DNA of 64,000 nucleotides from a bacterium (GTDB lineage Bacteria > SAR324 > JACQKK01): NCBI GenBank assembly GCA_965240465.1, contig OZ251219.1, forward strand, positions 416,001 through 480,000, written 5' to 3'. A model generated the notes under the pieces. That model saw nothing but the letters and a program-made list of their open reading frames with translations. It had not been told where the DNA came from and searched no databases. This document shows, in pieces, positions 30,088 through 39,494 of this stretch. Every line of letters begins with the position of its first letter. The first letter of the stretch is position 1. The translations under genes were made by a program, and so were the position numbers.

Positions 30088-31779
30088 ATGACCCATCAAA
30101 AAAAATCTGACCGCAAACTGCTCCTAGCTAAGACCTCCGTCTTCCTGCTAGTACTACTGCTAGGATGGAAAACACAGCTCCAGGGACAGCAATTAGAAAA
30201 ATCACCCAAAAAAACCTTGCCCGTCCAAACCTTGTCCGTCCAAACCTTGTCCGTCCAAACCTTGTCCGTCCAAACCTTGTCCGTCCAAGACTTGTATCAG
30301 CAGGGCTACCGATTGCAGCAACAGCATCAAACAAAAGCTGCCATCAAGCTATACCTGCAAGCCCTGAAAAAAAATCCCCTACACCCACTCACTCACTATG
30401 AAATAGGATGGAGCTACTGGGTACTGGAAAATTGGAAATCCGCTGCCCAACATTGGAAAATAGCCCTGAAACTGAAAGCCCCTCACCCAGGACTGCCCGA
30501 TTATATTAAACGTGCCCTAGAAAATGATAATTCTGAAAAACTCAAGCGTCCCAGCATCAATACCAAAGTCAGTAAAAATGGAGTCTCCCTCCAACTCACT
30601 GCCCGACTCCAGCATCACACTCCCCAGCCCGAAAACCCCCTAGACCACTTTGATCCCCACCTGTTCTCACCTAAATCGGTGCAAATTCACCCCTCCAAAA
30701 AGAAAATCTACGTCCAAGCCCTAGAGGCTCAAGCTACCTTAGTCTACAACTCACACACCTTGGCTAAACTTAAGGTCATCAAACACCATTTTGGCAAAAA
30801 AGATGCCTCCCTATTTGATAACTCCGAAAATACTCAACTTTGGCAACGACTCCAAAAAGATGCTCCCCCTAATCTCAACCACTTCTCTGCTAAACCAGTA
30901 GAGGGAGTCTTTTCTCACCAGGGGCGTTATCTGTGGGTCTCACTCTATCGCCGTGACTATGATATCCAAGCTGCCCTGCCCTCGGCAGTTAGTATCATTG
31001 ATACTCGCACCGATAGCATAGTTAGAGTAATGGCTACCGCAGCCATCCCCAAGGCACTAGCAGTATCTCCCGATGGACTCCAACTCGCCATCGTACATTG
31101 GGGAGAAAATACCGTCGGGCTGGTGGACATCAGCCATAGCAACCCCCAACAATTCAAATACACAGCCATGATCGCAGTGGAAAAACCCTTCCGAGTTAGC
31201 ACCCAAGGTAAAAAACTCAACCGAGATCGCCACTGCGGACTCTGCCTCAGAGGAACAGTCTACAGCCCCGACGGTCGGTACTTGCTGGTATCGCAGATGA
31301 AAACAGGGGGAATCGCCATCTTGGACTTAAAAACCAAGCGATTAGTAAGTCAGGTCATCGGCATGCCCCATGCCCCAAGGCACTTGGTGCTTTCTCCCGA
31401 TGGTCAGTGGTTATTCATAGCTGCCAGCCGTAGCGGCACCATCAGCAAGTATAGATTGTCATCCTTGCTGGAAAACACCGCTCAAAAGCAGCAAAAACTA
31501 AAACCATGGGCTAATCTATACCTAGGATTGGGTATACGCACTCTTTGCATCACTACTGATGGCCGTTGGCTCTTGGCTGCGGTGAACCAAGAAAAACGCC
31601 TAGCGGTCATCAGTGCTACTCGTCTGGAACACCTGCTAAACATTGATGCCGACCCCTATCCTGTAGGGCTAGCAATCTCCCCAGATAATTCCCAAATATG
31701 GGCTACCGCCCAAGGACGAAATCTAAAAGGAGGAAACTCGGTGATGCGTTATCAGCTTACCATCCCCGACAGTCCTTAA
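30088..31779 (+). CDS. Exported TPR + YncE/YVTN-like beta-propeller protein
   Basis: Signal/TM segment, TPR-like helices, repeated SPDG/YSPDG/TTDG blade motifs. Confidence 0.8.
   Translation: MTHQKKSDRKLLLAKTSVFLLVLLLGWKTQLQGQQLEKSPKKTLPVQTLSVQTLSVQTLSVQTLSVQDLYQQGYRLQQQHQTKAAIKLYLQALKKNPLHPLTHYEIGWSYWVLENWKSAAQHWKIALKLKAPHPGLPDYIKRALENDNSEKLKRPSINTKVSKNGVSLQLTARLQHHTPQPENPLDHFDPHLFSPKSVQIHPSKKKIYVQALEAQATLVYNSHTLAKLKVIKHHFGKKDASLFDNSENTQLWQRLQKDAPPNLNHFSAKPVEGVFSHQGRYLWVSLYRRDYDIQAALPSAVSIIDTRTDSIVRVMATAAIPKALAVSPDGLQLAIVHWGENTVGLVDISHSNPQQFKYTAMIAVEKPFRVSTQGKKLNRDRHCGLCLRGTVYSPDGRYLLVSQMKTGGIAILDLKTKRLVSQVIGMPHAPRHLVLSPDGQWLFIAASRSGTISKYRLSSLLENTAQKQQKLKPWANLYLGLGIRTLCITTDGRWLLAAVNQEKRLAVISATRLEHLLNIDADPYPVGLAISPDNSQIWATAQGRNLKGGNSVMRYQLTIPDSP
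30212..30295. repeat. 15-nt x5 in-frame repeat (VQTLS)
   Basis: AAACCTTGTCCGTCC x5. Confidence 0.95.
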
Positions 31780-31926
31780 TCACTCCCGCCTTAATCACTT
31801 CTGCCCTAATCACTCCTCCCTAATCACTTCTGCCCTAATCACTCCTCCCTAATCACTTCTGCCCTAATCACTCCTCCCTAATCACTTCTGCCCTAATCAC
31901 TCCCGCCCTAATCACTCCCGCCCTAA
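31774..31926. repeat. 14/15-nt x10 repeat starting at a stop codon, with 29-nt higher-order period
   Basis: CC(C/T)TAATCACT followed by CCCG, TCTG or CCT. Confidence 0.95.
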
Positions 31927-31984
31927 GTCAATTGATCCCTGATTGTTTCCTTTCAGGCGACCGATGATTTGTTTTTGGGGATTG

Positions 31985-32302
31985 CTATCCTTTTCTGGAA
32001 AATAAATACACAGCTACGATCAACAAAAAACTAAATACTGATGTTGTTGTTGGAACAGTTAAAAATACAACTTGATTATTAAGAAGTCCATCCTCACTAG
32101 CATAGATTTGAAAAGTTGCGATTACAATAATGAAGATAACTCACACTATAACAAGTGTAATAGCAAAATTAACAAGTTTCTTGCGGTCTGCTATAGTTTG
32201 CAGAGCTTCTTTTCCACGAAGGCCATAAATCTTTTCTTCTAAGGCTGCTTTCTCAACGGAAGGTTCTCGTTCTTCAGAAATGGGACGGGATTTTTTACCC
32301 AT
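31985..32302 (-). pseudogene. Two-TM protein downstream of Panacea gene 2, interrupted by an in-frame TGA at codon 54
   Basis: Manual translation: MGKKSRPISEEREPSVEKAALEEKIYGLRGKEALQTIADRKKLVNFAITLVIV*VIFIIVIATFQIYASEDGLLNNQVVFLTVPTTTSVFSFLLIVAVYLFSRKG. TGA at 32143-32141; start overlaps the Panacea stop. Confidence 0.75.
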
Positions 32303-32756
32303 CTTTTGATCTCTTTTTGAGCAATCCCAAATAATGTTCTTTTATGAGTTTTCTTTCAATCGGTATATACGAAACCCCTTTCTTATATACTTTGTGCCAT
32401 GGAGTACCCTCATCGTGTGTAATCATTGACAACTCAATCCCTGAGAAATCTTTATACTCATCATAAACGGTTTTTATAAAATCAGATGTTTCCTCTTCAA
32501 TTTTAGTATTTTTTTCTATGACACCACAAGGGATCGGACTGCGTCCATAAAACTTTATCTCATGATAGATGCGAGGGATGACAGGACCGTAGTCCCAGGC
32601 TTCTATCTTTTCGTCAAACAAGGATTTATTTTCCAAAGCCAGACTCCATCCCTCCGAAATATAACACAGTTTTACAAGCTCTAATGGAGTAACATCCTTG
32701 CCTTGTCTATCTGCAATTCGTAAAATCGTTTCCCCAACCGTCAAAACTGAATCCAT
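32295..32756 (-). CDS. Panacea/SocA (DUF4065) family antitoxin-like protein
   Basis: TPLELVKLCY, IEAWDYGPVIPRIY, LSMITH..GTPW; AGGAG upstream; AT-rich. Confidence 0.9.
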   Translation of the reverse strand: MDSVLTVGETILRIADRQGKDVTPLELVKLCYISEGWSLALENKSLFDEKIEAWDYGPVIPRIYHEIKFYGRSPIPCGVIEKNTKIEEETSDFIKTVYDEYKDFSGIELSMITHDEGTPWHKVYKKGVSYIPIERKLIKEHYLGLLKKRSKDG

Positions 32757-32969
32757 AATGTACTCCTATTCATTATGTCAACTGCCTAACAAAAACACTG
32801 CTAAGCACTACTGCCCTCACGCTACCATCACTCAGCCTAAAAGTAAATTCATCTACAATATCTGTAAATGATTTGTTTTGATTAAGTATTTTCCCCATGG
32901 ATTACTTGATTTAGGAGGGCATTCATAGTAAATTATTAGTGAAGGACTGTTAGCTAGGTCGGAAAATAC

Positions 32970-34577
32970 ATGAAAAAGCTATCCTCCTTATTTATTTTAG
33001 TGGCTTGGGGAACAATTGCGGTAGCCCAAAATCAATCACTGATTGACAGTGCCAAAGAGGGTAATCCTCGGGCACAATTCCAGCTGGCACAGGTCTATGA
33101 AACTAGATATCCCCAGAACATCCAAGAAGCTGCCCGGTGGTACCGAAAAGCTGCCAATCGGGGTTTGGTAGATGCTCAGTACCAGCTGGGTATCTATTAT
33201 AGTGGTAACCATTATTGGGATTTGCCCCAAGCAGCAGAGTGGCTACAAAAAGCCTCTCGTCAGAATCACCCCGAAGCACAATACTTATTGGGGCATCTGT
33301 ATGAGGTCAGCGGCGGGGTAGCTCAAGACTATAGCAGGGCCAGTAAATGGTACCGAAAAGCAGCTCGGCATGGCATTCCTCAAGCACAGGCTAACTTAGG
33401 GTGGTTATACAAAACCGGGCAGGGAGTTAATAAAAATTCCCGAATAGCGAGTAAATTGTGGAAACAAGCTGCAACTAAAGGACATGTGGAATCGCAGTAC
33501 AATCTGGGTTGGTTGTACCAAACTGGTCAAGGAGTGAGGCAAAATTCAGACAAAGCCCGACAATGGTGGCAACAAGCCGCCGCCAAAGATCATCCTAAGG
33601 CACAAATCCTACTGGGACTGATATATCACCAAGGACGTGATGTCCCTAGGGATGAGAACAAGATCATCAAATACTTGGTTAAAGTTTTAGAGCAAAAACC
33701 TTCCCGCAAAGCAGGAAAAAAAGCACATGACTGGGGAATAGAAGTCAAAAACCGGGCAGAATTTCAGCTAGATAAACAGATGGTATCACACTACCAAGCG
33801 TCTGCTCAGGCAGGCGATCCCCAAATGCAATACTATATGGGATGGCTTTATTTCGCTGGGCTGGGGGTACCTCAGGATGATCAAAAAGTAATTAAATGGT
33901 TCCAAAAATCAGCTCGCCAAGAATTTGTTGATGCCAACTACGCTCTGGGGCTGCTATATGCCCATGGGCGTGGTGCACCTAGGGATTATGTAAAAGCTAG
34001 AAGATTGTTTAAAAAAGCTGCCCAAAAAAACCATCCCGAATCGCAGTTTATTTCAGGTCAGTTTTACTATTTTGGGGTGCTATCACCAGTAAAATACTCA
34101 CCAGCCCAGAAATGGTGGAAAAAAGCAGCCGAACAAGGACATGCCGAAGCCCAATATCAGCTGGGACTATTGCATTATCAGGGTCTGGCAAGATCCAAAG
34201 ACTTTGTCCAGGCAAGAAAATGGTGGAAAAAAGCAGCCGAACAAGGACACGCCGATGCCCAATACCAGCTGGGATTATTATACTATCACGGACAGGGAGT
34301 TCCTCAGAACATGATCACGGCTACTGCTTGGTGGCAGCAATCTGCCAAGCTAAATGGTACCAATGCCCAAAAAATCCTAGGCAAGCTATACACTAAAGGT
34401 CAAGGAGTACCCAAAAATTACATCCAAGCTTTGAGCTTCTATTACCTAGCCCAAGAAGCAGGCGATGAAATAGCTCGTGATGGAATAACCGTATTAGAAA
34501 TTCAATTGAGCAGTGATGAAATCTCTACAGCTCAGCAATTAGCACAACACTTTACTGAGAAATATCTTACCAAATAG
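32970..34577 (+). CDS. Secreted Sel1-repeat protein
   Basis: Signal peptide; two blocks of Sel1 repeats separated by a linker. Confidence 0.93.
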   Translation: MKKLSSLFILVAWGTIAVAQNQSLIDSAKEGNPRAQFQLAQVYETRYPQNIQEAARWYRKAANRGLVDAQYQLGIYYSGNHYWDLPQAAEWLQKASRQNHPEAQYLLGHLYEVSGGVAQDYSRASKWYRKAARHGIPQAQANLGWLYKTGQGVNKNSRIASKLWKQAATKGHVESQYNLGWLYQTGQGVRQNSDKARQWWQQAAAKDHPKAQILLGLIYHQGRDVPRDENKIIKYLVKVLEQKPSRKAGKKAHDWGIEVKNRAEFQLDKQMVSHYQASAQAGDPQMQYYMGWLYFAGLGVPQDDQKVIKWFQKSARQEFVDANYALGLLYAHGRGAPRDYVKARRLFKKAAQKNHPESQFISGQFYYFGVLSPVKYSPAQKWWKKAAEQGHAEAQYQLGLLHYQGLARSKDFVQARKWWKKAAEQGHADAQYQLGLLYYHGQGVPQNMITATAWWQQSAKLNGTNAQKILGKLYTKGQGVPKNYIQALSFYYLAQEAGDEIARDGITVLEIQLSSDEISTAQQLAQHFTEKYLTK

Positions 34578-34738
34578 CATTGGACTACAGAACATTGACA
34601 GAGCAACTAAACCTAGTCCTAAATCTTATTTAATTACTAGTTATTTTTGGGAAATACCGCTTATAAAAAACATCACTATTATGCCTGTTAATTAATAATA
34701 AATAAAATTATCCTTGCCTCAAACATATAATAATAACT

Positions 34739-35374
34739 ATGAAACTATTGACATTTTATATTAGTTTTCTTCTGGTTGGTTGTACCGGAAACATAGATGG
34801 AAAACTCTTTGTCAGAGCTGGAACCGGCCATGCTAAATCCCAGTACAAATTGGGATTACTCTATGAAGAAGGAAAAAGTGTACCCCAAGATTATGCCCAA
34901 GCCAAGAAATGGCTTAAAAAATCGGCTAGAAAAAACTATCCCCAAGCCCAAAACAGCCTAGGAATGATATATCAAAAAGGACTCGGAGTAGAAAAAAACA
35001 GTAAGCTCGCTAAAAAATGGTACCTAAAAGCGGCTGAACAAGGCTTTATGGAGGCTCAATACAATTTGGGATCGCTTTATGAAAAAGGACACGGTGCCCC
35101 AAAAAGCTACTTCAAAGCCCGAGAATGGTACGGAAAAGCCGCCCAACAGGGACATGTCCGAGCTCAGTTCAATTTGGGATTGATCTATCACCGAGGATTA
35201 GGCGTAACCAGAAGCGACTCCAAAGCCCTGAACTTCTTCTATCTAGCCCAAGCAGGAGGCTCTGAAACTGCCAAAAAAATGGTGCTAATCTTAGAAAAAC
35301 GTTTGGACAATATACAAATTTTCCGAGCTCAAAAACTAGCCTCCGTTTTTTACACTCAGTTTCTAGAAAAATAA
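34739..35374 (+). CDS. Sel1-repeat lipoprotein
   Basis: Lipobox LVGC followed by about 4 Sel1 repeats. Confidence 0.9.
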   Translation: MKLLTFYISFLLVGCTGNIDGKLFVRAGTGHAKSQYKLGLLYEEGKSVPQDYAQAKKWLKKSARKNYPQAQNSLGMIYQKGLGVEKNSKLAKKWYLKAAEQGFMEAQYNLGSLYEKGHGAPKSYFKAREWYGKAAQQGHVRAQFNLGLIYHRGLGVTRSDSKALNFFYLAQAGGSETAKKMVLILEKRLDNIQIFRAQKLASVFYTQFLEK

Positions 35375-35447
35375 TAAACCCCCCTCGGATTGACTTGCAC
35401 CAGTAACCTTGGCTTATCCCTCTAATATACTGACTAACCCAAAAGAA

Positions 35448-36206
35448 ATGATGAAAACCAAATCTAAAAAGCTTTCTTACTCCCTAAAGAACTCAATAAC
35501 TTCAATGTTGTGCTTGCCTGTTTTTGTACTGGTTGGCTGCACTATTTTACCTGAAGGCTCCTTGCTGGTAAATGCCAAATCTGGCAATCCCCAAGCACAA
35601 TATGAACTGGGATTAATATACCAGCTAGGTCAGTCAGTACCTCAAAACCATGCCATCGCCAAAAAATGGTACCAAAAAGCAGCCCTCGCAGGACAACCCA
35701 AGGCGCAAACCCAGCTGGGAATCCTATATAAACAAGGACTAGGAACCCCACTAGATACTCTCAAAGCCAGAAAATGGCTGGAAAGAGCCGTCATCCAAAA
35801 TGATCCCTTAGCCCAATATCATTTAGGTTTGCTTTATAAATCAGGAAACAGCACTCCTAGAAATTACACTAAAGCCCGAAAACTATACCTAGTGGCAGCC
35901 CAGCAAGGACTCGCTGCCGCACACTATGAACTGGGAATGATGTATAGCACCGGCAAAGGAGTCACCAAATCTAATGTCAGAGCCTTGAGCTTCTTTTATC
36001 TCGCTAAAGCAAACGAAGATCCTAAGGGAGACATTGGGATAGAAATTATTGAACTTCAATTGACAAACCAGCAAATTAATCAAGCCCAACAGATAGCCAC
36101 AAACTTTCATAGAAAATACCTAGCCGCAAAACCATTCCCGATCACCAATAATCCGTCTAACAGAAAATTGTACACCACCAAGACCAACTTAGTACCAAAA
36201 AATTAA
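35448..36206 (+). CDS. Sel1-repeat lipoprotein
   Basis: Lipobox LVGC followed by about 4 Sel1 repeats; start uncertain. Confidence 0.88.
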   Translation: MMKTKSKKLSYSLKNSITSMLCLPVFVLVGCTILPEGSLLVNAKSGNPQAQYELGLIYQLGQSVPQNHAIAKKWYQKAALAGQPKAQTQLGILYKQGLGTPLDTLKARKWLERAVIQNDPLAQYHLGLLYKSGNSTPRNYTKARKLYLVAAQQGLAAAHYELGMMYSTGKGVTKSNVRALSFFYLAKANEDPKGDIGIEIIELQLTNQQINQAQQIATNFHRKYLAAKPFPITNNPSNRKLYTTKTNLVPKN

Positions 36207-36231
36207 TGTGGATTCGCAAGTATTTTCAGTT

Positions 36232-36290
36232 CTATTTTCTACGCCTATTTTCTACGCCTATTTTCTACGCCTATTTTCCACGCCTATTCT
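36232..36290. repeat. 13-nt x4 repeat spanning the mltB stop codon
   Basis: CTATTTTCTACGC x3 plus CTATTTTCCACGC. Confidence 0.93.
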
Positions 36291-37200
36291 TTAGTAGTCT
36301 GCTGATCTCTAGGACGGTTTCCACATAATCGGCAGAGTGATTGTACGCCCATACTGCTTTCCATTTCTGCTCAGAGTTGGCATTGGATTTCCAGCCGTGT
36401 TTATTCAAATACCGGGCAACGCTGGAAATGGCGTCTTGGATCTGATCTAAATCAATAACGCCATCTTGATTGCCATCCACTGCCCACTGTAGCTGGCTAG
36501 TAGGTATGAACTGGGGAATACCCAGTGCTCCTGCATAAGAACTGCGAATCCTTCTCACCGCCCCTGGGGTATCCCGATTGAGCTTCAGAAGAGCTACTAG
36601 CTGCTCATATCCGAAACGGGATTTCTTTTTTAATCGTGACCGCAACCATGGTCGTTTAAGCTCGGGATGCTGGCGACGAAAGTCTTGCCAATAGGACGCA
36701 GTATCTATTCGGGGATTAATTACCGCTAGGGAAGCAAATACGCTAAGGGCATAGTAAGGTCGGGGAGTGCGTCCAAAAGCAGTTTCCACCAGCAATATGG
36801 CAGTGGTTGTTTCTGCGGGGACTTGATAAAGTGTGGCAGCTGCCTCCAATTGCCGACGTTGCTTCCGCAAAAATTTGCGTGCCAGACGCAAAGAATAAGC
36901 CTCGGTGAACTGGCTATAATAAGAATCGGGCTGAGGGTGAAGTATGTTAAAACGAACTGCCCTTCTGGTATCACACAACCGAGCCCCTACAAATACTTTT
37001 TGCAACCAACTCTTAGTGAAACCTTCATCCTCCAGACGCTTTTGTAACTTTATCACCCGTGCCACCGGAATTAAATCTGGACATCCCAAAGCCACGGCAT
37101 ACCCAGCTGAACTCAACAGTAGCCCAGTTAAGAAAAGTACTCTGAGCAATATCCTCGTTTTTGAGCATGTACTAGCAGGATAAATGGTGTTTAAGAACAT
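36271..37200 (-). CDS. Lytic murein transglycosylase (MltB family)
   Basis: AILLVETAFG, SYAGALGIPQFIPT, VDGNQDG.IDL, AISSVARYL, YNHS..YV. Confidence 0.9.
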   Translation of the reverse strand: MFLNTIYPASTCSKTRILLRVLFLTGLLLSSAGYAVALGCPDLIPVARVIKLQKRLEDEGFTKSWLQKVFVGARLCDTRRAVRFNILHPQPDSYYSQFTEAYSLRLARKFLRKQRRQLEAAATLYQVPAETTTAILLVETAFGRTPRPYYALSVFASLAVINPRIDTASYWQDFRRQHPELKRPWLRSRLKKKSRFGYEQLVALLKLNRDTPGAVRRIRSSYAGALGIPQFIPTSQLQWAVDGNQDGVIDLDQIQDAISSVARYLNKHGWKSNANSEQKWKAVWAYNHSADYVETVLEISRLLKNRRGK

Positions 37201-37279
37201 ATATCAATTAACTATAATTTGTCTGCTATTACTAGAAAAACTGCCGGCAGTCTTATCATAATCTTTGTGAAAATACTCA

Positions 37280-38014
37280 ATGAAGCTGTGGGCACTCTCA
37301 GATTTACACCTCTCCTTTAATGATGCTATCGGTAGCGAAGCCGCCAAACCAATGCACATCTTTGGAGAACATTGGCGGAAACACTGGTTAAAAATTGCCG
37401 CAAACTGGGAAAAAATCATCCAACCCCAAGACGTTGTCCTGCTACCCGGAGACATATCTTGGGCTAACAACATGAACCATGCTTATCACGATCTTTTTTG
37501 GGTCTCCCAATTAACTGGAGCCTTAAAAATAATCGTCCCCGGCAATCATGACCGCTGGTGGCCACCAGAAAATCAATTTAAGCATCAGCCACACTCCTTA
37601 AAATTGCTACGCGGTACGGCTATACTCCATCAAGGGCTGGCTTTCTGCGGTACTTGTGGCTGGCTCGCCCCCCAAGACCCCTATTCCCAAACTGATGATA
37701 AACAAATCTTCCAACAAGAACTAGACCTGCTGAAACAATCACTGCAAGCCGCGGTAAAACTTCAACCCCCTGATGGCATCCATGTGTTGCTTCATTTTCC
37801 TCCTTGGGATTCACAAGGAAAACCCACTCCCCTAGATAACCTCATCCGCCAATACCCAGTCCGTTCCATCACCTACGGGCACTTCCATTTTCTCCCAGAA
37901 TGGGAACGCGCCCCCAAGGGATGGCATCAGGAAATTTTCTACACGCTGGCCTCGGCAGATTTCTTAGACTTTACCCCTGCCCAGCTTCCATTTTCGGTCT
38001 CCGTTCATCAATAG
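37280..38014 (+). CDS. Metallophosphoesterase
   Basis: SDLH, PGDISWA, GNHD, HFPP, YGHFH. Confidence 0.9.
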   Translation: MKLWALSDLHLSFNDAIGSEAAKPMHIFGEHWRKHWLKIAANWEKIIQPQDVVLLPGDISWANNMNHAYHDLFWVSQLTGALKIIVPGNHDRWWPPENQFKHQPHSLKLLRGTAILHQGLAFCGTCGWLAPQDPYSQTDDKQIFQQELDLLKQSLQAAVKLQPPDGIHVLLHFPPWDSQGKPTPLDNLIRQYPVRSITYGHFHFLPEWERAPKGWHQEIFYTLASADFLDFTPAQLPFSVSVHQ

Positions 38015-38030
38015 GAAACAGAAAAAGATT

Positions 38031-39017
38031 CTAGCTGAGCGGCTTAATTAAAGATATTTTCTTATATTTCATTAAATACCAAAGGATAATCCCTCCCCCA
38101 GCAATCGTGGTGGTTAACCACTGAACCAACCAGAAGATCACACTGGCAGCAATTGCTTGTTCATTAGAAGTGCCCAACCAGACCAGAGCCACGCTAAAGG
38201 CGATCTGAGTAACCCCGATAAATCCCGGCAAACTAGGGGCACTAGAGAGAAACGCCATGGCACTAAGAGCCAGAATGGCTTGCTGAAAAGGGACTGGTCT
38301 TCCTACTGCGATCAAGGAAAAATAAACCATAAGTCCCCCTGCCAGCCATTTAAGCAGGGAAAGAAACACTATCCAGCTCAATTTTATAGGCGAACGCAGA
38401 GCTTCCATGCCTATAACTAGTTGCTCCAGCAATTTATCTCCTTGGTGGGATATCTTATCAGGGAGCCAGCGGCTAGCTTTATTCCAAATCGCAAAGGATA
38501 ATTGCGGTCGCCAAACAAATAAAAACATGATGATAACCGTTCCTAAGGCTAATAACACCAAAATCTGAGAACCCAAATTTAGGACTTTGGGCAAGGGAGG
38601 TAAAAACGGCAACACTGCTAAGGAAAGCCACACCACCGCCAGTACATCCAACAAGCGATCAGCGATTACCGTCGCGGTCACCCCCGTTAAAGATAATTTA
38701 TGAGAGCGACTCAATACTACCACCCGCAACACTTCGCCCAAACGAAAGGGTAGTAAATTATTGCCCGCAAATCCAGCCATCAAGGCAGGAGCACTATCCC
38801 TCCAACGCAGCTTAAGCTGAGGAGCCAGTAGCACATTCCAACGAACTCCAGTCAACCAAACAAACACCCCCATACTCAAAAATAAGGGCAGTATCCAAAA
38901 CAGATCCATTTGTTTCAAGATCACCCATAGCCCATTCCAATCTAAACCACGCAGTGCTAAATATAAAAATAACCCACTAAATAAAACTGCCAGTACTAAT
39001 CCAAACCAACCCTTCAT
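38031..39017 (-). CDS. Lysylphosphatidylglycerol-synthase TM / flippase-like membrane protein
   Basis: RW..LL, NNLLPFRLGE.LR, DRLLD, PSLPG.IG; many TM segments. Confidence 0.85.
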   Translation of the reverse strand: MKGWFGLVLAVLFSGLFLYLALRGLDWNGLWVILKQMDLFWILPLFLSMGVFVWLTGVRWNVLLAPQLKLRWRDSAPALMAGFAGNNLLPFRLGEVLRVVVLSRSHKLSLTGVTATVIADRLLDVLAVVWLSLAVLPFLPPLPKVLNLGSQILVLLALGTVIIMFLFVWRPQLSFAIWNKASRWLPDKISHQGDKLLEQLVIGMEALRSPIKLSWIVFLSLLKWLAGGLMVYFSLIAVGRPVPFQQAILALSAMAFLSSAPSLPGFIGVTQIAFSVALVWLGTSNEQAIAASVIFWLVQWLTTTIAGGGIILWYLMKYKKISLIKPLS

Positions 39018-39494
39018 CTAAGTATATCTTTCCTTGAACAAACTTGACCTTGACTGATTTTTACCCAAATTTCGCTACTAATAACAATAATTCCAACTGA
39101 ATAATAACTCTGTCTTAGGCGGCAATCAAAATAAACTCTCCTCCTATGCTCTTACAAAAACTCCTCCAAAGCGAGAATATATTTTTCGCCAGCTATTAAA
39201 TCATTTGATTGCTCTTTGGATATATCAGCATAGCTAGATTCTCAGGATAAAAACAGAAAAAACTTGACACACTAGCTGAAAAAATATACAATTCCCTACT
39301 CTCGTTTATACCGATTGCCATTAGTAGCCTAGTAATAGATATGGGATATTAAATGAAACCTCAATTAGACTGGTAGTACTACTTTCATTTGCTAGTAGCT
39401 GAATAATTGGTTGTACACAGGTTTTTGATGCCGAAGCTTTGCTTGATATTATTGGGGAATTCTTTAAGCTGCAGATTATAAAAAGGACAAAGCC

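Noticed and set aside
32141-32143. TGA as evidence of a reassigned genetic code or selenocysteine
   Set aside because: dnaX, zwf, pgl and recA end in TGA at expected positions, and Trp is TGG where checked. The context is a TM helix rather than a redox motif, and no SECIS hairpin was recognised.
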